A stretch of 64,000 bases of DNA from Akkermansia muciniphila (GTDB taxonomy: Bacteria; Verrucomicrobiota; Verrucomicrobiia; Limisphaerales; UBA9464), in NCBI GenBank assembly GCA_945900455.1, contig CAMDJH010000001.1, positions 453 through 64,452 of the forward strand, in the 5' to 3' direction. A program made the position numbers and the translations under genes. The stretch's first letter is position 1; each line of letters starts with the position of its first letter. Positions 20,349 to 30,698 of this stretch are shown here, piece by piece. The notes under the pieces were generated by a model, which made no database searches, was not told the DNA's origin, and worked only from the letters and a program-made list of their open reading frames with translations.

Positions 20349-20834
20349 CTAATCGCGGAAATTCGCGAAGTTGAGCGCCACCGGGAAATCGTGGCCCTTC
20401 ACCGCCGCGATGATCGCCTGAAGATCGTCGCGGTTCTTGCCCGTCACCCGCAGTTCGTCGCCCTGAATCGCAGCGGTGACCTTGATACCGGTCTGCCGAA
20501 TGAACTGTGAAATCTCCTTGGCGGCCGCCCCTTCGATCCCTTGCTTGATTTTGATCGTCTGCCGAGCATGTCCGAGCGGAGACAATTCGGCTTCGCCGGT
20601 GTCCAGGCTCTTGAGGCTGATACCCCGTTTGGAGAGTTTGCCGATTACGATTTCCGACAGGGCCGTCATTTTGAATCCATCAGGTGCGGAGAGTTTAATC
20701 TCATTTTTCTCGAGCTTGATCTCGGCTTTCGAACCTTTGAAATCGAACCGGGTTAACAGTTCTTTTTGAGCCTGATTGACCGCATTCTCGATTTCCATCG
20801 AGTTGACCTTAGAAACGATGTCGAAGCTTGGCAT
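20349..20834 (-). CDS. yajQ: YajQ-family nucleotide-binding protein (UPF0234)
   Basis: MPSFDIVSKVNSMEIENAVNQAQKELLTRFDFKGS... at 161 aa is full-length and collinear with YajQ. Confidence 0.88.
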   Translation of the reverse strand: MPSFDIVSKVNSMEIENAVNQAQKELLTRFDFKGSKAEIKLEKNEIKLSAPDGFKMTALSEIVIGKLSKRGISLKSLDTGEAELSPLGHARQTIKIKQGIEGAAAKEISQFIRQTGIKVTAAIQGDELRVTGKNRDDLQAIIAAVKGHDFPVALNFANFRD

Positions 20835-20879
20835 GCCGGTAATCCTAAGCGAACTGGCTCGATCACAACATCGGAAATC

Positions 20880-21833
20880 TCAAAGAACGGACACGGGTGA
20901 TTCCATCAATGCGGCAAACCGCAGTCCGCGGGTGCTGGCGGCCAGTCGAGGGATTCGATACGACCTGAGCACCGCCGAATAGATCGCTGCCCCGGTGAGA
21001 ATGACATCGGCCCGTTCCGGTGGGAGCCCGGGCAGGGTTCGTCGTTCGGCAAGTGGCAGGGACCACAGTCGGCGGACCAATGCATGAAACTCGCCGGCCT
21101 GGAACAGCGTCCGCTCGATCAGGTTCCGGTCGAATTCGGGCCGCGCGTGGTGAATGAGTGCGAGGATGGAAGTTGTGCCCCCAATCCCGACGGCGAGCTC
21201 GGGATACCCTGTTACGGCAAAGAGCGGATCAAGGAGGGGGGTGACGTCCGATTGCAGCCAAGCTCCCAGCCAGGCTTCCACTTCGCACAGGCCCGCGTCA
21301 CCCGGATGATCCGAGGGCCGGAGTGTTTCGAACAACCGTACGCTGCCGACGGGAAAGCTGCGTCGGAATTCGAGCCGCCCCGCCACGCCGAACATGAACT
21401 CGGTGCTGCCGCCGCCGACATCCAACACGAGCATTCTCCCGAGGCCAAACTGGGGATGAGAGGTTACGCCGCGGAAACCCAGTTCGGCTTCCATGTCCCC
21501 ACCGATCACTTCGGTTTCGAGGCCGGAGGCGGTGCGGATCGCACTGAGGAGTTCAGCGGCATTGACGGCTTCACGGGCCGCGCTGGTGGCCAGCACGCGC
21601 ACGGATTCCGCCCCGCGAGCCCGGGCCTCCCGGTTGAAGCGTGCGACGGCGTCGGCGGTGGCGGCGATGGGCGCGGCTCGCAGTCGGTGATCGTGATAGA
21701 ATCCCGCGCCCAGTCGCGTTTGCTCGCTCGTCTCCCACACCGGCTCGACGGTGGAACCGAAGACGTCGGCCAGCAGGACCTTGACTGAGTTCGTGCCGAC
21801 GTCGATGACGGCACGGCGGCGGAAGGATACCAT
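20880..21833 (-). CDS. Ppx/GppA-family phosphatase (exopolyphosphatase-like)
   Basis: AVIDVGTNSVKVLLADV and LVLDVGGGSTEF are the ASKHA phosphate-binding motifs of Ppx/GppA. Confidence 0.8.
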   Translation of the reverse strand: MVSFRRRAVIDVGTNSVKVLLADVFGSTVEPVWETSEQTRLGAGFYHDHRLRAAPIAATADAVARFNREARARGAESVRVLATSAAREAVNAAELLSAIRTASGLETEVIGGDMEAELGFRGVTSHPQFGLGRMLVLDVGGGSTEFMFGVAGRLEFRRSFPVGSVRLFETLRPSDHPGDAGLCEVEAWLGAWLQSDVTPLLDPLFAVTGYPELAVGIGGTTSILALIHHARPEFDRNLIERTLFQAGEFHALVRRLWSLPLAERRTLPGLPPERADVILTGAAIYSAVLRSYRIPRLAASTRGLRFAALMESPVSVL

Positions 21834-21854
21834 GACGGGGGGGATCCCGCAGGA

Positions 21855-23150
21855 TTACAAGAGTCGCCACCCGGCGCGGCCCTGGAATCGTATGAATTCA
21901 TCGGCTTCCGGACAGTTTGTCGCTCGGAGTTGCGCGGGATCCCAGACTAGTTCACGACCCGTGCGATGAGCCACATTGCCGAGCAACACGGTTTCCGTCA
22001 GGGGGCCGGAGTAGTCGAAGGCGCACGTGGTGGGGCCTCCGCGTTTGCAAGCCTCCGTCCACTCGCGGTGGTGACCGATGGAGTCGGGAATGAACGGCTT
22101 GGGCGGGGTGAATCCGGCGAAATCCGTTTCTGGCAGCAAGCGATGGCTTCCGTAGTCTGCCAGCAACATGCCTTTCGAACCGACGAACAGGGTGCCATTG
22201 CCCCACTTTGGGAGGAGTCCTTGGGCGAACTGGGGCGGCCGCTTGTCGCCATGATACCAGCGGAGAGTGACCGGTGGCTGCAGGGCCCGGGCCCCGTGTT
22301 GATATTCGACAATCAGCCACGGTGGAGGGCACTCCGGATCCGGCGTCGGGCCGTCCACGATTTTCACGCGATGGGGCCAGCGGAGATTGAGTGCCCAATG
22401 AGGTAAGTCGAGGTGGTGACAGCCCAGATCCGCCAGTGTGCCGCCTCCGAAGGCCCACCAGTTCCGCCAGGTGAAGGGCAGATAGTCGGGGTGATACGGC
22501 CGTTCGGGCGCAGGACCCAGCCAGAGGTCGAAGTGAAGTCCGGCAGGAACCGGCGGGGTCTCGGTGGGGCGTTTCTTGCCACCAAACCCACCCCCCACCC
22601 AGACATGCACCTCGCGGACATCGCCGATCGCTCCGGATTGAACCAACTCGACGACACGTCGATAATTGGTGCCGGCGTGAATCTGGGTGCCGATCTGAGT
22701 CACCCGATTGTGCCGTCGTGCGAGGTCGGTGATGACGCGTGCTTCCTGGATCGTCCGGGCGAGGGGCTTTTCGCAGTACGCGTGGCGCCCGCTAGACAAG
22801 GCACCGGCGGTAATGACGGCGTGGGTATGGTCCGGCGTCGCAACGACGACGGCATCGAGGTTATTTTCCTCCAAGAGACGCCGGTAGTCATGGAACAACT
22901 TAGCCTTGGGATGCGCTTTGGCGGCCTCGGCGAGGAGTATTTCGTCGACGTCACAGAGCGCCACCACGTTTTCGTGGGCTACGTTGTCGAGGTTGAATCG
23001 GCCCTGATTGTGGATCCCGACAACGGCGACGTTAAGCTTATCGTTGGGCGATGCCGCCCAGGCGGGTCCGGCATAGCTCAGGATGCGGGTGGCGGCTGCA
23101 GCCTTGGCCGTGGTAACCATGAACTGGCGGCGAGTCAGGGAGGTCTTCAT
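21855..23150 (-). CDS. Gfo/Idh/MocA-family oxidoreductase with a Tat signal
   Basis: The Tat motif is TRRQFMVTTAKAAAA...AWA and the Rossmann start is LNVAVVGIHNQGRF. The start was moved to MKTSL. Confidence 0.7.
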   Translation of the reverse strand: MKTSLTRRQFMVTTAKAAAATRILSYAGPAWAASPNDKLNVAVVGIHNQGRFNLDNVAHENVVALCDVDEILLAEAAKAHPKAKLFHDYRRLLEENNLDAVVVATPDHTHAVITAGALSSGRHAYCEKPLARTIQEARVITDLARRHNRVTQIGTQIHAGTNYRRVVELVQSGAIGDVREVHVWVGGGFGGKKRPTETPPVPAGLHFDLWLGPAPERPYHPDYLPFTWRNWWAFGGGTLADLGCHHLDLPHWALNLRWPHRVKIVDGPTPDPECPPPWLIVEYQHGARALQPPVTLRWYHGDKRPPQFAQGLLPKWGNGTLFVGSKGMLLADYGSHRLLPETDFAGFTPPKPFIPDSIGHHREWTEACKRGGPTTCAFDYSGPLTETVLLGNVAHRTGRELVWDPAQLRATNCPEADEFIRFQGRAGWRLL

Positions 23151-23256
23151 CGGGAATGTGTCGCCGGTTTGTACCACGTCTCCGCGGCGGGTCCAATCTT
23201 CCCTACCTTCGGTTGACCGTCCGGGATGGCCTGATTACCGTCGGCCGCTTCTGAAT

Positions 23257-24858
23257 ATGCACATACTTGTTTGCGACCCGATTTCTCCTCGTGGCATTGA
23301 CCTGTTCAGAGCTCGGCCTGAGTTTCGAGTAACCGTTCTGTCCAAACGGATGTCCGAGGCGGAGTTGCTCCCCTTGGTCGCCGATGTGGATGCGCTGGTG
23401 GTCCGGTCGGAAACCAAGGTGACTCGGAAGGTGCTTGAGGCGGCGCCGAAGTTGAAAGTGGTGGGTCGGGCAGGGGTCGGGGTGGACAACGTCGATGTGG
23501 AAGCTGCGACGGCCCGGGGGGTCGTGGTGATGAACACTCCGGGAGGCAACACGATCACGACGGCCGAGTTGACGTTTTTCATGCTGGGCGCCGTTGCTCG
23601 CAAGATCCCGCAGGCGCACGCTTCGATGACTTCGGGGAAGTGGGATCGAAAACTGTACCAGGGTTCGGAGATTTTCGGGAAGACCCTGGGTGTTCTCGGC
23701 ATGGGTCGCATCGGCTCGGAGGTCGCCAAGCGGGCGCTCACGTTCGGGATGCGCGTCCTGGCCTACGATCCATTCCTGACGGAGGATCGGGCGAAGTCGC
23801 TTGGAGTTGAACTGGTGGCGGAGACAGATGCGCTCTATCGCGGATCCGATTTTGTAACCGTCCACATGCCTGTGACCGACCAGACCCGGCAGATGTTGAA
23901 TGCCGAGGCGTTTGCCCGGATGAAACCCGGGGTGCGCATTATTAACTGTGCCCGCGGCGAGATCATCAACGAAGCGGACCTTGTGGCCGCCCTCGAGTCC
24001 GGCAAGGTCGCCGGAGCCGCGCTCGATGTTTTTTCGATCGAACCTCTCCCCGCGGACCACAAGTTCCGCACGCTGCCGAGCGTGATCCTCACGCCGCATC
24101 TCGGCGCCAGCACCGAGGAGGCACAGGAAAAATGTGGCCTTGAAGTCGCTGAAGTGATCACGGGCTTCCTGCTGACCGGCGAGGTGCGAAATGCGGTCAA
24201 TCTCCCATTCCTCGACGCCCGGACCTACGAGCAGGTAAAACCCTACCTCAACCTGGGTGAAAAACTGGGCCGCCTTCTCGGCCAGGTTGCTCCAGGTCAG
24301 GCCGATCGCATTTATATCACGTACGGCGGCCGGGCGAAAGACCTGCCCAACGTCGATCCAGTCACGCGAGCCGTGCTTCGTGGTTTTCTCGGTGCAAACG
24401 GGACGATCAAGGACTTAAATAACGTTAACGTTCGAGCCGTGGCGGCAGCTCAAGGACTCACCGTCGAAGAAAAAAAATCGGAAGAACCCGTGACTTTCAA
24501 CGAATGGGTCCACGTTCAACTGTTGCTGGGTGACAAGAAACTGGTCTCCGCTGGCGGTACTTTTTTTGGGTCACCCAACAATCCCCGAATCGTCCGACTG
24601 TTCAGTACGCCCGTGGAGATCCCGATCAGCGGCACCGTCCTCCTCCTTAGCAACAAGGATGTCCCGGGGATCGTGGGGCACGTTGGTACCGTTCTTGGGC
24701 GCCATCAGGTGAACATTGGTAGCATGAGCCTGGGCCGCGATCAGGAAGGCGGGCAGGCGCTCACCGTACTCCTGCTCGACAGTCCGCCGCCCGCCGCCTG
24801 TCTGGAGGAGTTGCGCAAGAACTCCAATATCACCCAAGTGCGTGTGGTGAACTTGTAG
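23257..24858 (+). CDS. serA: D-3-phosphoglycerate dehydrogenase (long form with ACT domain)
   Basis: Motifs are GRAGVGVDNVD, VLGMGRIGSEVAKRA and a C-terminal ACT-like region. It is 533 aa. The start was moved to MHILVCD. Confidence 0.9.
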   Translation: MHILVCDPISPRGIDLFRARPEFRVTVLSKRMSEAELLPLVADVDALVVRSETKVTRKVLEAAPKLKVVGRAGVGVDNVDVEAATARGVVVMNTPGGNTITTAELTFFMLGAVARKIPQAHASMTSGKWDRKLYQGSEIFGKTLGVLGMGRIGSEVAKRALTFGMRVLAYDPFLTEDRAKSLGVELVAETDALYRGSDFVTVHMPVTDQTRQMLNAEAFARMKPGVRIINCARGEIINEADLVAALESGKVAGAALDVFSIEPLPADHKFRTLPSVILTPHLGASTEEAQEKCGLEVAEVITGFLLTGEVRNAVNLPFLDARTYEQVKPYLNLGEKLGRLLGQVAPGQADRIYITYGGRAKDLPNVDPVTRAVLRGFLGANGTIKDLNNVNVRAVAAAQGLTVEEKKSEEPVTFNEWVHVQLLLGDKKLVSAGGTFFGSPNNPRIVRLFSTPVEIPISGTVLLLSNKDVPGIVGHVGTVLGRHQVNIGSMSLGRDQEGGQALTVLLLDSPPPAACLEELRKNSNITQVRVVNL

Positions 24859-25070
24859 TCCGAGGGTGTCATTTGCGATTTTGACGGCATCGATCCGCTC
24901 GAACTTGAGACGCTTAGATAGTTTGTAATATTCTTTCCATGAGGTTGTTATATCGATTGTTGGGTTCATTCCGAAAAAAACCAGCTTCCCTCTGCGTTGA
25001 ACTTCCTTAGATTCCCCGTTTGCCCGGCCTCCCCGGTCCGGCAACCTACCTAGAACTGACGAAGAATTTT

Positions 25071-26036
25071 ATGCCACTCACACATACCAACGATTTGTTC
25101 GCCAAGGCCCTGAAAGGCAAGTACGCCCTCGGCGCGTTCAACGTGAACAACATGGAGATGACGCAGGCCATCATCGAGGCCTGCGAGGAAGAAAAGGCGC
25201 CAGTGATGCTCCAGATTTCGCGCGGTGCCCGTGATTACGCGCATCCGGTTTATCTCAAGAAGCTCATCGAAGCGGCGGTCAGCCTCTCGACCATCCCTCT
25301 GGCGGTTCATCTCGATCACGGGGACACCTTTGATTTGTGCAAGCAATGCATTGATGAGGGCTTTACGAGTGTCATGATTGATGCCTCCCACGAATCGTTC
25401 GAAAAGAATGTCGAGATCTGCCGTAAGGTCGTCGACTACGCCCACAAGCACAATTGCGTGGTGGAAGGCGAGTTGGGTCATCTTGTCGGTGCCCAGTTCG
25501 ATGACGGCGAAGAGGGGGGCAATTACTCGGCCGGCGGTCATTACACGCAGCCGGAGGAGGCGGTTCAATTTGTGCGGCAGTCCGGGGTGGATTCCCTCGC
25601 TGTCGCGATCGGAAACTCCCACGGGGCCTATAAATTCAAGGGAGAGCAGCATCTCGATCTCGATCGACTCAAGGCAATCAAACGCGCGCTGCTCGATTCT
25701 GGCATGGGCGATTATCCGCTGGTGCTGCATGGAGCCTCCTCTGTTCCGAAGGAGTACGTTCTTGAAATTAATAAGTACGGTGGGCAGCTGGGAGAGGACA
25801 CCGCCGGCGTCCCTGAGGCAGACATCGAGGTGGCCCGACGCGTTGGCTGCACCAAAGTCAACATCGACACCGATCTCCGTCTGGCGATGACGGCCGCCAT
25901 TCGCAAGTTCATGGCGGAAAAGCCGAAGGAATTCGATCCGCGGAAGTATCTCGGCCCCGCCCGTAAGGCCGTCAAGGACCTCGTCCGACACAAGGTTCGG
26001 AACGTGCTCTGTTGCGCTGGACATGCCTTCGATTGA
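25071..26036 (+). CDS. fba: Class II fructose-bisphosphate aldolase
   Basis: Motifs are YALGAFNVNNMEMTQAIIEA, VHLDHG, EGELGHL and HGASSVP. The start was moved to MPLTHTN. Confidence 0.9.
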   Translation: MPLTHTNDLFAKALKGKYALGAFNVNNMEMTQAIIEACEEEKAPVMLQISRGARDYAHPVYLKKLIEAAVSLSTIPLAVHLDHGDTFDLCKQCIDEGFTSVMIDASHESFEKNVEICRKVVDYAHKHNCVVEGELGHLVGAQFDDGEEGGNYSAGGHYTQPEEAVQFVRQSGVDSLAVAIGNSHGAYKFKGEQHLDLDRLKAIKRALLDSGMGDYPLVLHGASSVPKEYVLEINKYGGQLGEDTAGVPEADIEVARRVGCTKVNIDTDLRLAMTAAIRKFMAEKPKEFDPRKYLGPARKAVKDLVRHKVRNVLCCAGHAFD

Positions 26037-26139
26037 GTCCGACGTGGCACACGTTGGAGGGCGCTCGGGCTCCCGCCGTTTCTTGATGCGGCATTGCCTT
26101 GCGCGAGAACTCTTCGGTTGATACAAACGATACGCCGCA

Positions 26140-27381
26140 ATGTTAGGAAAACGCCTTGTCCTGATCCTCTTACCCTGGTTGGCATTTCTAGCCCGAATGG
26201 AGGCGCAGATCGATCCCGAGCATCGACAGCTTGTTCATCTTGGCTATGACCAGCCGCTGGAGGGGCGCGGGCCTATTGCGGGATACGCCTACTACTATCA
26301 CAACGAGCCGCACTTCGTTCGGGAGAATCTCACCCTGCGGGCGGCCGTGGCACCGACCTATCTCGACAGCGAATTGGGAATTGCCAATGCGCTTTCTCCA
26401 CAGACGGACCTCGGGATCGGGGTGGCCGGCGGTGGTTTCGCCGACAACTTCTCCGAAGTTCGGCAGGGCAATCTGCGACAGGACGAGTCGTTCAGGGGCT
26501 ACGGAGGGCAGACGAGTCTTTCGATCTATCACACGTTCAACCCGCTGCCGGAAGGCCGGACCCCAGCGGCGGTAAGCGAGATCCCCCTGCAAGCCGTCCT
26601 GCGGAACACCCTCCGATATTCAACGTACGAGACGAGTTCGAAGACGGCCTCGGATTTCGCCGTTCCGGACGACAAGGTGGCGTACCATTTACGCGCGGGG
26701 CTGCGGTGGGGTGGCAGAGAGCCCTTGATGGAGCCGAGGGCGGCGGGAGAACTGTCGGCCTGGTACGAGGGCCAGTTCCGCACGGACACGCAGAAATACG
26801 GCTTTGACCGGGATCGGGAGATCGAGGCGCAGACGCATCTGTTTTGGTGCCGAGCACTCGCCGCCTATACGTTTAGCAATAATCAACGCTTTGAGGTCAG
26901 CATCACGGCGGGAGCGACGGTGAATTCGGACCGATTCAGTTCCTACCGGCCGGGAGGGGCGCTTCCCCTCGGTGCCGAATTTCCCCTCATGCTTCCGGGA
27001 TACTATTCCCAGGAACTGACGGCCGAGCGATTCTCGCTGATCTCTGCCAACTATTCCATTCCCCTTCCGGCTCAGTTTCACCTGCTGTTGTTTGGGAGCT
27101 CCGCGTGGGTGGATTACCTCGCTGGATTAGAACAGCCGGGCAACTGGCATACCGGTCTTGGGGGTGGCCTCGGCTGGATCGCACCGGGCGGTTCCTGGCA
27201 CATCATGGCCGGATACGGATATGGCGTGGACGCCATCCGGCATGAGGATCGGGGTGCCCATAGTGTAAGCTTGATCGTTCAATGGGATCTCGAGCGCGGC
27301 GGACTGCACCTGCCCGATTTTCGCAAGACCCTGCACTCGATCAATCCTGGAAGCTTGCGCGGCGGCAATCAACGGTTTTGA
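26140..27381 (+). CDS. Putative outer-membrane beta-barrel protein
   Basis: It has a signal peptide (MLGKRLVLILLPWLAFLARMEAQ), alternating aromatic/Gly-rich strands and a C-terminal Phe (…GGNQRF). Confidence 0.5.
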   Translation: MLGKRLVLILLPWLAFLARMEAQIDPEHRQLVHLGYDQPLEGRGPIAGYAYYYHNEPHFVRENLTLRAAVAPTYLDSELGIANALSPQTDLGIGVAGGGFADNFSEVRQGNLRQDESFRGYGGQTSLSIYHTFNPLPEGRTPAAVSEIPLQAVLRNTLRYSTYETSSKTASDFAVPDDKVAYHLRAGLRWGGREPLMEPRAAGELSAWYEGQFRTDTQKYGFDRDREIEAQTHLFWCRALAAYTFSNNQRFEVSITAGATVNSDRFSSYRPGGALPLGAEFPLMLPGYYSQELTAERFSLISANYSIPLPAQFHLLLFGSSAWVDYLAGLEQPGNWHTGLGGGLGWIAPGGSWHIMAGYGYGVDAIRHEDRGAHSVSLIVQWDLERGGLHLPDFRKTLHSINPGSLRGGNQRF

Positions 27382-27445
27382 CCGTGAGATTCGTGATCGA
27401 CGGGCCGATGGCACGCGGTCGGATAACGCGCTGCGCGGTCCCGCC

Positions 27446-28657
27446 TCACGGATTTCCAGAGGGCGGCCCGAGCGGATTCTCTTCGGGCACTTGAAACGCC
27501 TGTTTCAACCATCCGGCTTGCTGGCGATCCCACGCCGCCTGGCCGCCCGCGCCCAACACCTGCCCAACTCGGGCGCGCAAACTCTCGCGCTGCGAGGCCA
27601 ACTTCGCCGCGCGGTCGACGTCGTTGAGTTGGCTGTCCTTTTTGAGAGCAAGGGCCTGTTGCTCGGCGCGCTGCTGTTCCGTCCATAATTCGCCGGTCGC
27701 CCCCGGTGGCGCATTGAGTCGTTCGCTCAGGCGAAGCAGCTCCTGATAGACGGGCTGCTGGGCCCGTTCGAAGTCAGCGAGCCGGTCGGGTCCCAGTAGC
27801 TTCTCCACTTCCCTGGCCTCGGCTGGGGAACCCTGCTTTTCGCGCTCCTTGATCCGGATGATTTCTGCCAGCTCCGTTTCGCTCAACTCAACTCCCTCGA
27901 GTTCCCGGAGGCCGGCGAATCGGGAATTTCGGAGCCGAAATTCCGCCAGTTCCTCGGGGGAGAGCAATCCGGCCAGTTCCTTATCAAACTCCTGATTCAG
28001 ACTTCGAATCCCTTTGTTACGCTCCTTCTCGTTGCCCTTGAAATCCCGCGAAAATTCCTGGAGGCGCTCTTGGTGGCGGACCTGAGATGCCACGACCCGC
28101 TCCTGCAACGCTGCCGAGAGAAAAACGAGCTGATCTTCTTTGCTGGCGATCGTGGGCTCCGCATCCGGAGAGGACCCGTCACCCAGCAGGTTCTTCAGGA
28201 TTTCGTGTTTTTCTGCCGAAAGGGATTTCAAAACGGTCTTGAGAGATTCGAACCCATTCGTATCCCCGGCTGACAGTAATTCCCAAAAGTGACTGACATA
28301 GGGCGCTGTCGCGGCGCGCGTCTGTTCGTAATAACTGCGGCGTACGAGCGGTTCGAGGATTTCACGAACGGTGCGCTCAGGGCAGCCGATGCCCCGAAGC
28401 CCGTCGCGATAGGCCGGCCAGTCGTTGAGATCAAACTGGGACCAGTGAAACGCCGAGACCTCTCCGGCCATCGCCGCGACCTGTACGGTCGACTCGCCCC
28501 GCGCCGGTTCCTCCGGGCGGATCCCTGTGGCGATCGAGGGATTGACCCCGTCGGCCGGAGCCGAAGGAACGGGGGCGGGCTGCCACCGCCAAGCCACCGC
28601 GAAAAGCAGGAGCCCGTTCAAGGTGAGCGAAAGAAGGAGCCAGCGGGAACGATTCAT
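27446..28657 (-). CDS. Membrane-anchored helical protein, paralog B of a tandem pair (unknown function)
   Basis: The start was moved to MNRSRWLLLSLTLNGLLLFAVAW (TM anchor). It shares the block WSQFDLNDWPAYRDGLRGIGCPERTVREILEPLVRRSY with the upstream gene. ATGA coupling is at 28654-28657. Confidence 0.6.
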   Translation of the reverse strand: MNRSRWLLLSLTLNGLLLFAVAWRWQPAPVPSAPADGVNPSIATGIRPEEPARGESTVQVAAMAGEVSAFHWSQFDLNDWPAYRDGLRGIGCPERTVREILEPLVRRSYYEQTRAATAPYVSHFWELLSAGDTNGFESLKTVLKSLSAEKHEILKNLLGDGSSPDAEPTIASKEDQLVFLSAALQERVVASQVRHQERLQEFSRDFKGNEKERNKGIRSLNQEFDKELAGLLSPEELAEFRLRNSRFAGLRELEGVELSETELAEIIRIKEREKQGSPAEAREVEKLLGPDRLADFERAQQPVYQELLRLSERLNAPPGATGELWTEQQRAEQQALALKKDSQLNDVDRAAKLASQRESLRARVGQVLGAGGQAAWDRQQAGWLKQAFQVPEENPLGPPSGNP

Positions 28658-29958
28658 GGCTTCTGCCAAATTTCCTGAATGACCTGATCTATCCAGCTGT
28701 TTAGCGCCTTTCGGCGGCCCGGTTCCGGCGCGGCCGCGAGGATTGAGTCGAGCCGGGCACGCATCTGCTCCCGTTGTTCCAACAATGCTCGGCGGGCTTG
28801 TTCCTTGTCGCCTGGCCATGCCGCTCGCAACGGCGCCAAGGCGGCTCGGAACTCCTCGAAGGTCTGGTAGACCGCGCCGGCGGCTTCGGACGGCAGGTGA
28901 TGCTGCTCCGCCAGTTGTTCGGCGGCGACGAAGATGCTGTCATGGTCCTTCCGGTACTGGGCGTATCGCTCATCGCCCAGCAGGCCGGACAACTGGGCAC
29001 TAACGTCTGCCTCGGTCAGGCGTGGTGAGGAATCACCGAGGAATTTATGCAGGTCCAGCAGCTCGGTGAGTGCACTGACTTCCGCCCCCGACGTGATGTG
29101 GCTGAACTCCCGAAATTCTGCCGGCGTGAGTCGGAGCTGGCGTAGCCGCGCGTTGACAGTCACCCCTCCGCCCTTTGTCATTTGCCATACACGAAGGTCG
29201 ACCTCCTCCCGTTCCGAGTCGGAAAGCATCTGGCCGAGCCGCTGCCGCATGCGATCGCGTTCACGTTCCAGCGCGGTGATATCTTCCGGCACCAGTATGC
29301 CCCGCGTGCGTTGGTTCCACCGCTCCACGATCCGCTCGGTGTCCATGATCAGCCGCAGTAGGGCCCGCTGCGCACCGCGATTTAGGAAACCGGACGCGAG
29401 CTCGATCAACAACCGCATCTCGAAATTATTGTCCTCTTTGTCGAAGAGATCGATCGGGCAGACCAGTTCGGCGAGCAAACGATCCTGCGTATCGTCCAGT
29501 CCAGCCTCGGTGGCTTCCTCCTGTGCCCGCAAGGCGCGTCTCGATTCCCCCGTAGCCCAATAGCTGCCGCCTTGGGCTAGTTGACCCCGGCGGCCATTGA
29601 ACGAACGCAAGACGGCCGGGCGAATCACGTCGCAGACAGTCTCGTCAGGGCAGCCGGCCCGGCGAAGATTCGCGGCAAATTCATGGAAGTCGTTTGATTC
29701 AAGTTGCGACCAGACGGACATCGCAATTCGGGCGGACGAGGTCAGCCCCGGGGCGGATGGCCGATCGTCCTGCGTGGCATTTTCCGTCCCAGGCAAACCG
29801 TGCGGTAGGCCGTCGCCGGCCGCCGATGAGCTCCGCCGCGGCATTGGGCGAAGCAGTAGTACGAGCAGCAGCAGGTTGATCGCGAGGCTCCCGACGGCCA
29901 CGCGCGTTCGCCATCGGCCGGGTTGGCCATTCTTGGGATGGGATTGCGCGGCGGGCAT
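28654..29958 (-). CDS. Membrane-anchored helical protein, paralog A of a tandem pair (unknown function)
   Basis: It has a TM anchor (VAVGSLAINLLLLVLLL), the block WSQLESNDFHEFAANLRRAGCPDETVCDVIRPAVLRSF, and a long charged helical remainder. Confidence 0.6.
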   Translation of the reverse strand: MPAAQSHPKNGQPGRWRTRVAVGSLAINLLLLVLLLRPMPRRSSSAAGDGLPHGLPGTENATQDDRPSAPGLTSSARIAMSVWSQLESNDFHEFAANLRRAGCPDETVCDVIRPAVLRSFNGRRGQLAQGGSYWATGESRRALRAQEEATEAGLDDTQDRLLAELVCPIDLFDKEDNNFEMRLLIELASGFLNRGAQRALLRLIMDTERIVERWNQRTRGILVPEDITALERERDRMRQRLGQMLSDSEREEVDLRVWQMTKGGGVTVNARLRQLRLTPAEFREFSHITSGAEVSALTELLDLHKFLGDSSPRLTEADVSAQLSGLLGDERYAQYRKDHDSIFVAAEQLAEQHHLPSEAAGAVYQTFEEFRAALAPLRAAWPGDKEQARRALLEQREQMRARLDSILAAAPEPGRRKALNSWIDQVIQEIWQKP

Positions 29959-30134
29959 CTGGCTTTGTCATGCCTGGAAGGCATTTTGCTGGCAAGGCTG
30001 GATTGCTCGGAGCCAGGCCGCCTGCTCTATTCCCCATTCGCTTCGATCGTTCTCTTCGTATACTTCTCTTCGACCCTGTCGCTGCGCGAAACGCTACACC
30101 GGCTTCTCAATACCCAAACCTGAAAAGACGCCCC

Positions 30135-30698
30135 ATGGCCATCAAAGCGACCATCTACAAAGCCAAGATCCAGCTTTCCGACATCGACCGAAACGTCTAT
30201 GGCGACTACCCCGTGACGATTGCCCGCCACCCGTCGGAGACGGACGAACGGATGCTGATCCGGTTGCTCGCCTTCGCCCTGAACGTGCCCGCCAACAACG
30301 ATCCGGTGGCTCTTGAATTTGCCAAGGACATGTGGGAACCCGACGAGCCCAGCCATTGGCAGAAAGACTACACCGGACAGATCGCGCACTGGATCGAGGT
30401 TGGCCAGCCCGACGAAAAGAGGTTGCTGCGGGTGGCTGGACGGGCGGCGCGCGTGAGTGTGTACAGCTTTAGCGCCAATACCCCGATTTGGTGGAAAGGC
30501 ATCGAATCGAGGCTCACCCGTGTCCGCAACCTCTCGGTGTGGCAGATCCCCGCGGAACGAAGCCGGGCGCTCGCCGGGTTGGCGCAACGGACGATGAATC
30601 TACAGGTCACCGTGCAGGACGGCGCGATCTGGGTTGGCGACGGCAGACGATCGATTGAAGTCGCACCCCTGAGGCTTTGTGGCCAGTCAGCGAGCTAG
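30135..30698 (+). CDS. yaeQ: YaeQ-family protein
   Basis: MAIKATIYKAKIQLSDIDRNVYGDYPVTIARHPSETDERMLIRLLAFAL is collinear with YaeQ. It is 187 aa. The start was moved from 29970. Confidence 0.85.
   Translation: MAIKATIYKAKIQLSDIDRNVYGDYPVTIARHPSETDERMLIRLLAFALNVPANNDPVALEFAKDMWEPDEPSHWQKDYTGQIAHWIEVGQPDEKRLLRVAGRAARVSVYSFSANTPIWWKGIESRLTRVRNLSVWQIPAERSRALAGLAQRTMNLQVTVQDGAIWVGDGRRSIEVAPLRLCGQSAS

Noticed and set aside
24859-25070. A low-GC patch between serA and fba, and ORF 24571-25044 (minus) beginning near MNPTIDITTSWKEYYKLSKRLKF
   Set aside because: The ORF has to read ~290 nt antisense through the serA 3' end to reach a stop, and no family is recognised. It is most likely a promoter/UTR region for fba, possibly with a decayed gene fragment.
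25050-26126. A 358-aa minus-strand ORF antisense to fba. Similar long antisense ORFs occur at 23203-24099 (serA), 48465-49466, 45281-47257, 10915-11700, 22413-23216 and 35822-36475.
   Set aside because: The reason is the same: each overlaps a motif-supported gene on the other strand and has an R/P/G-rich composition with no domain signatures.
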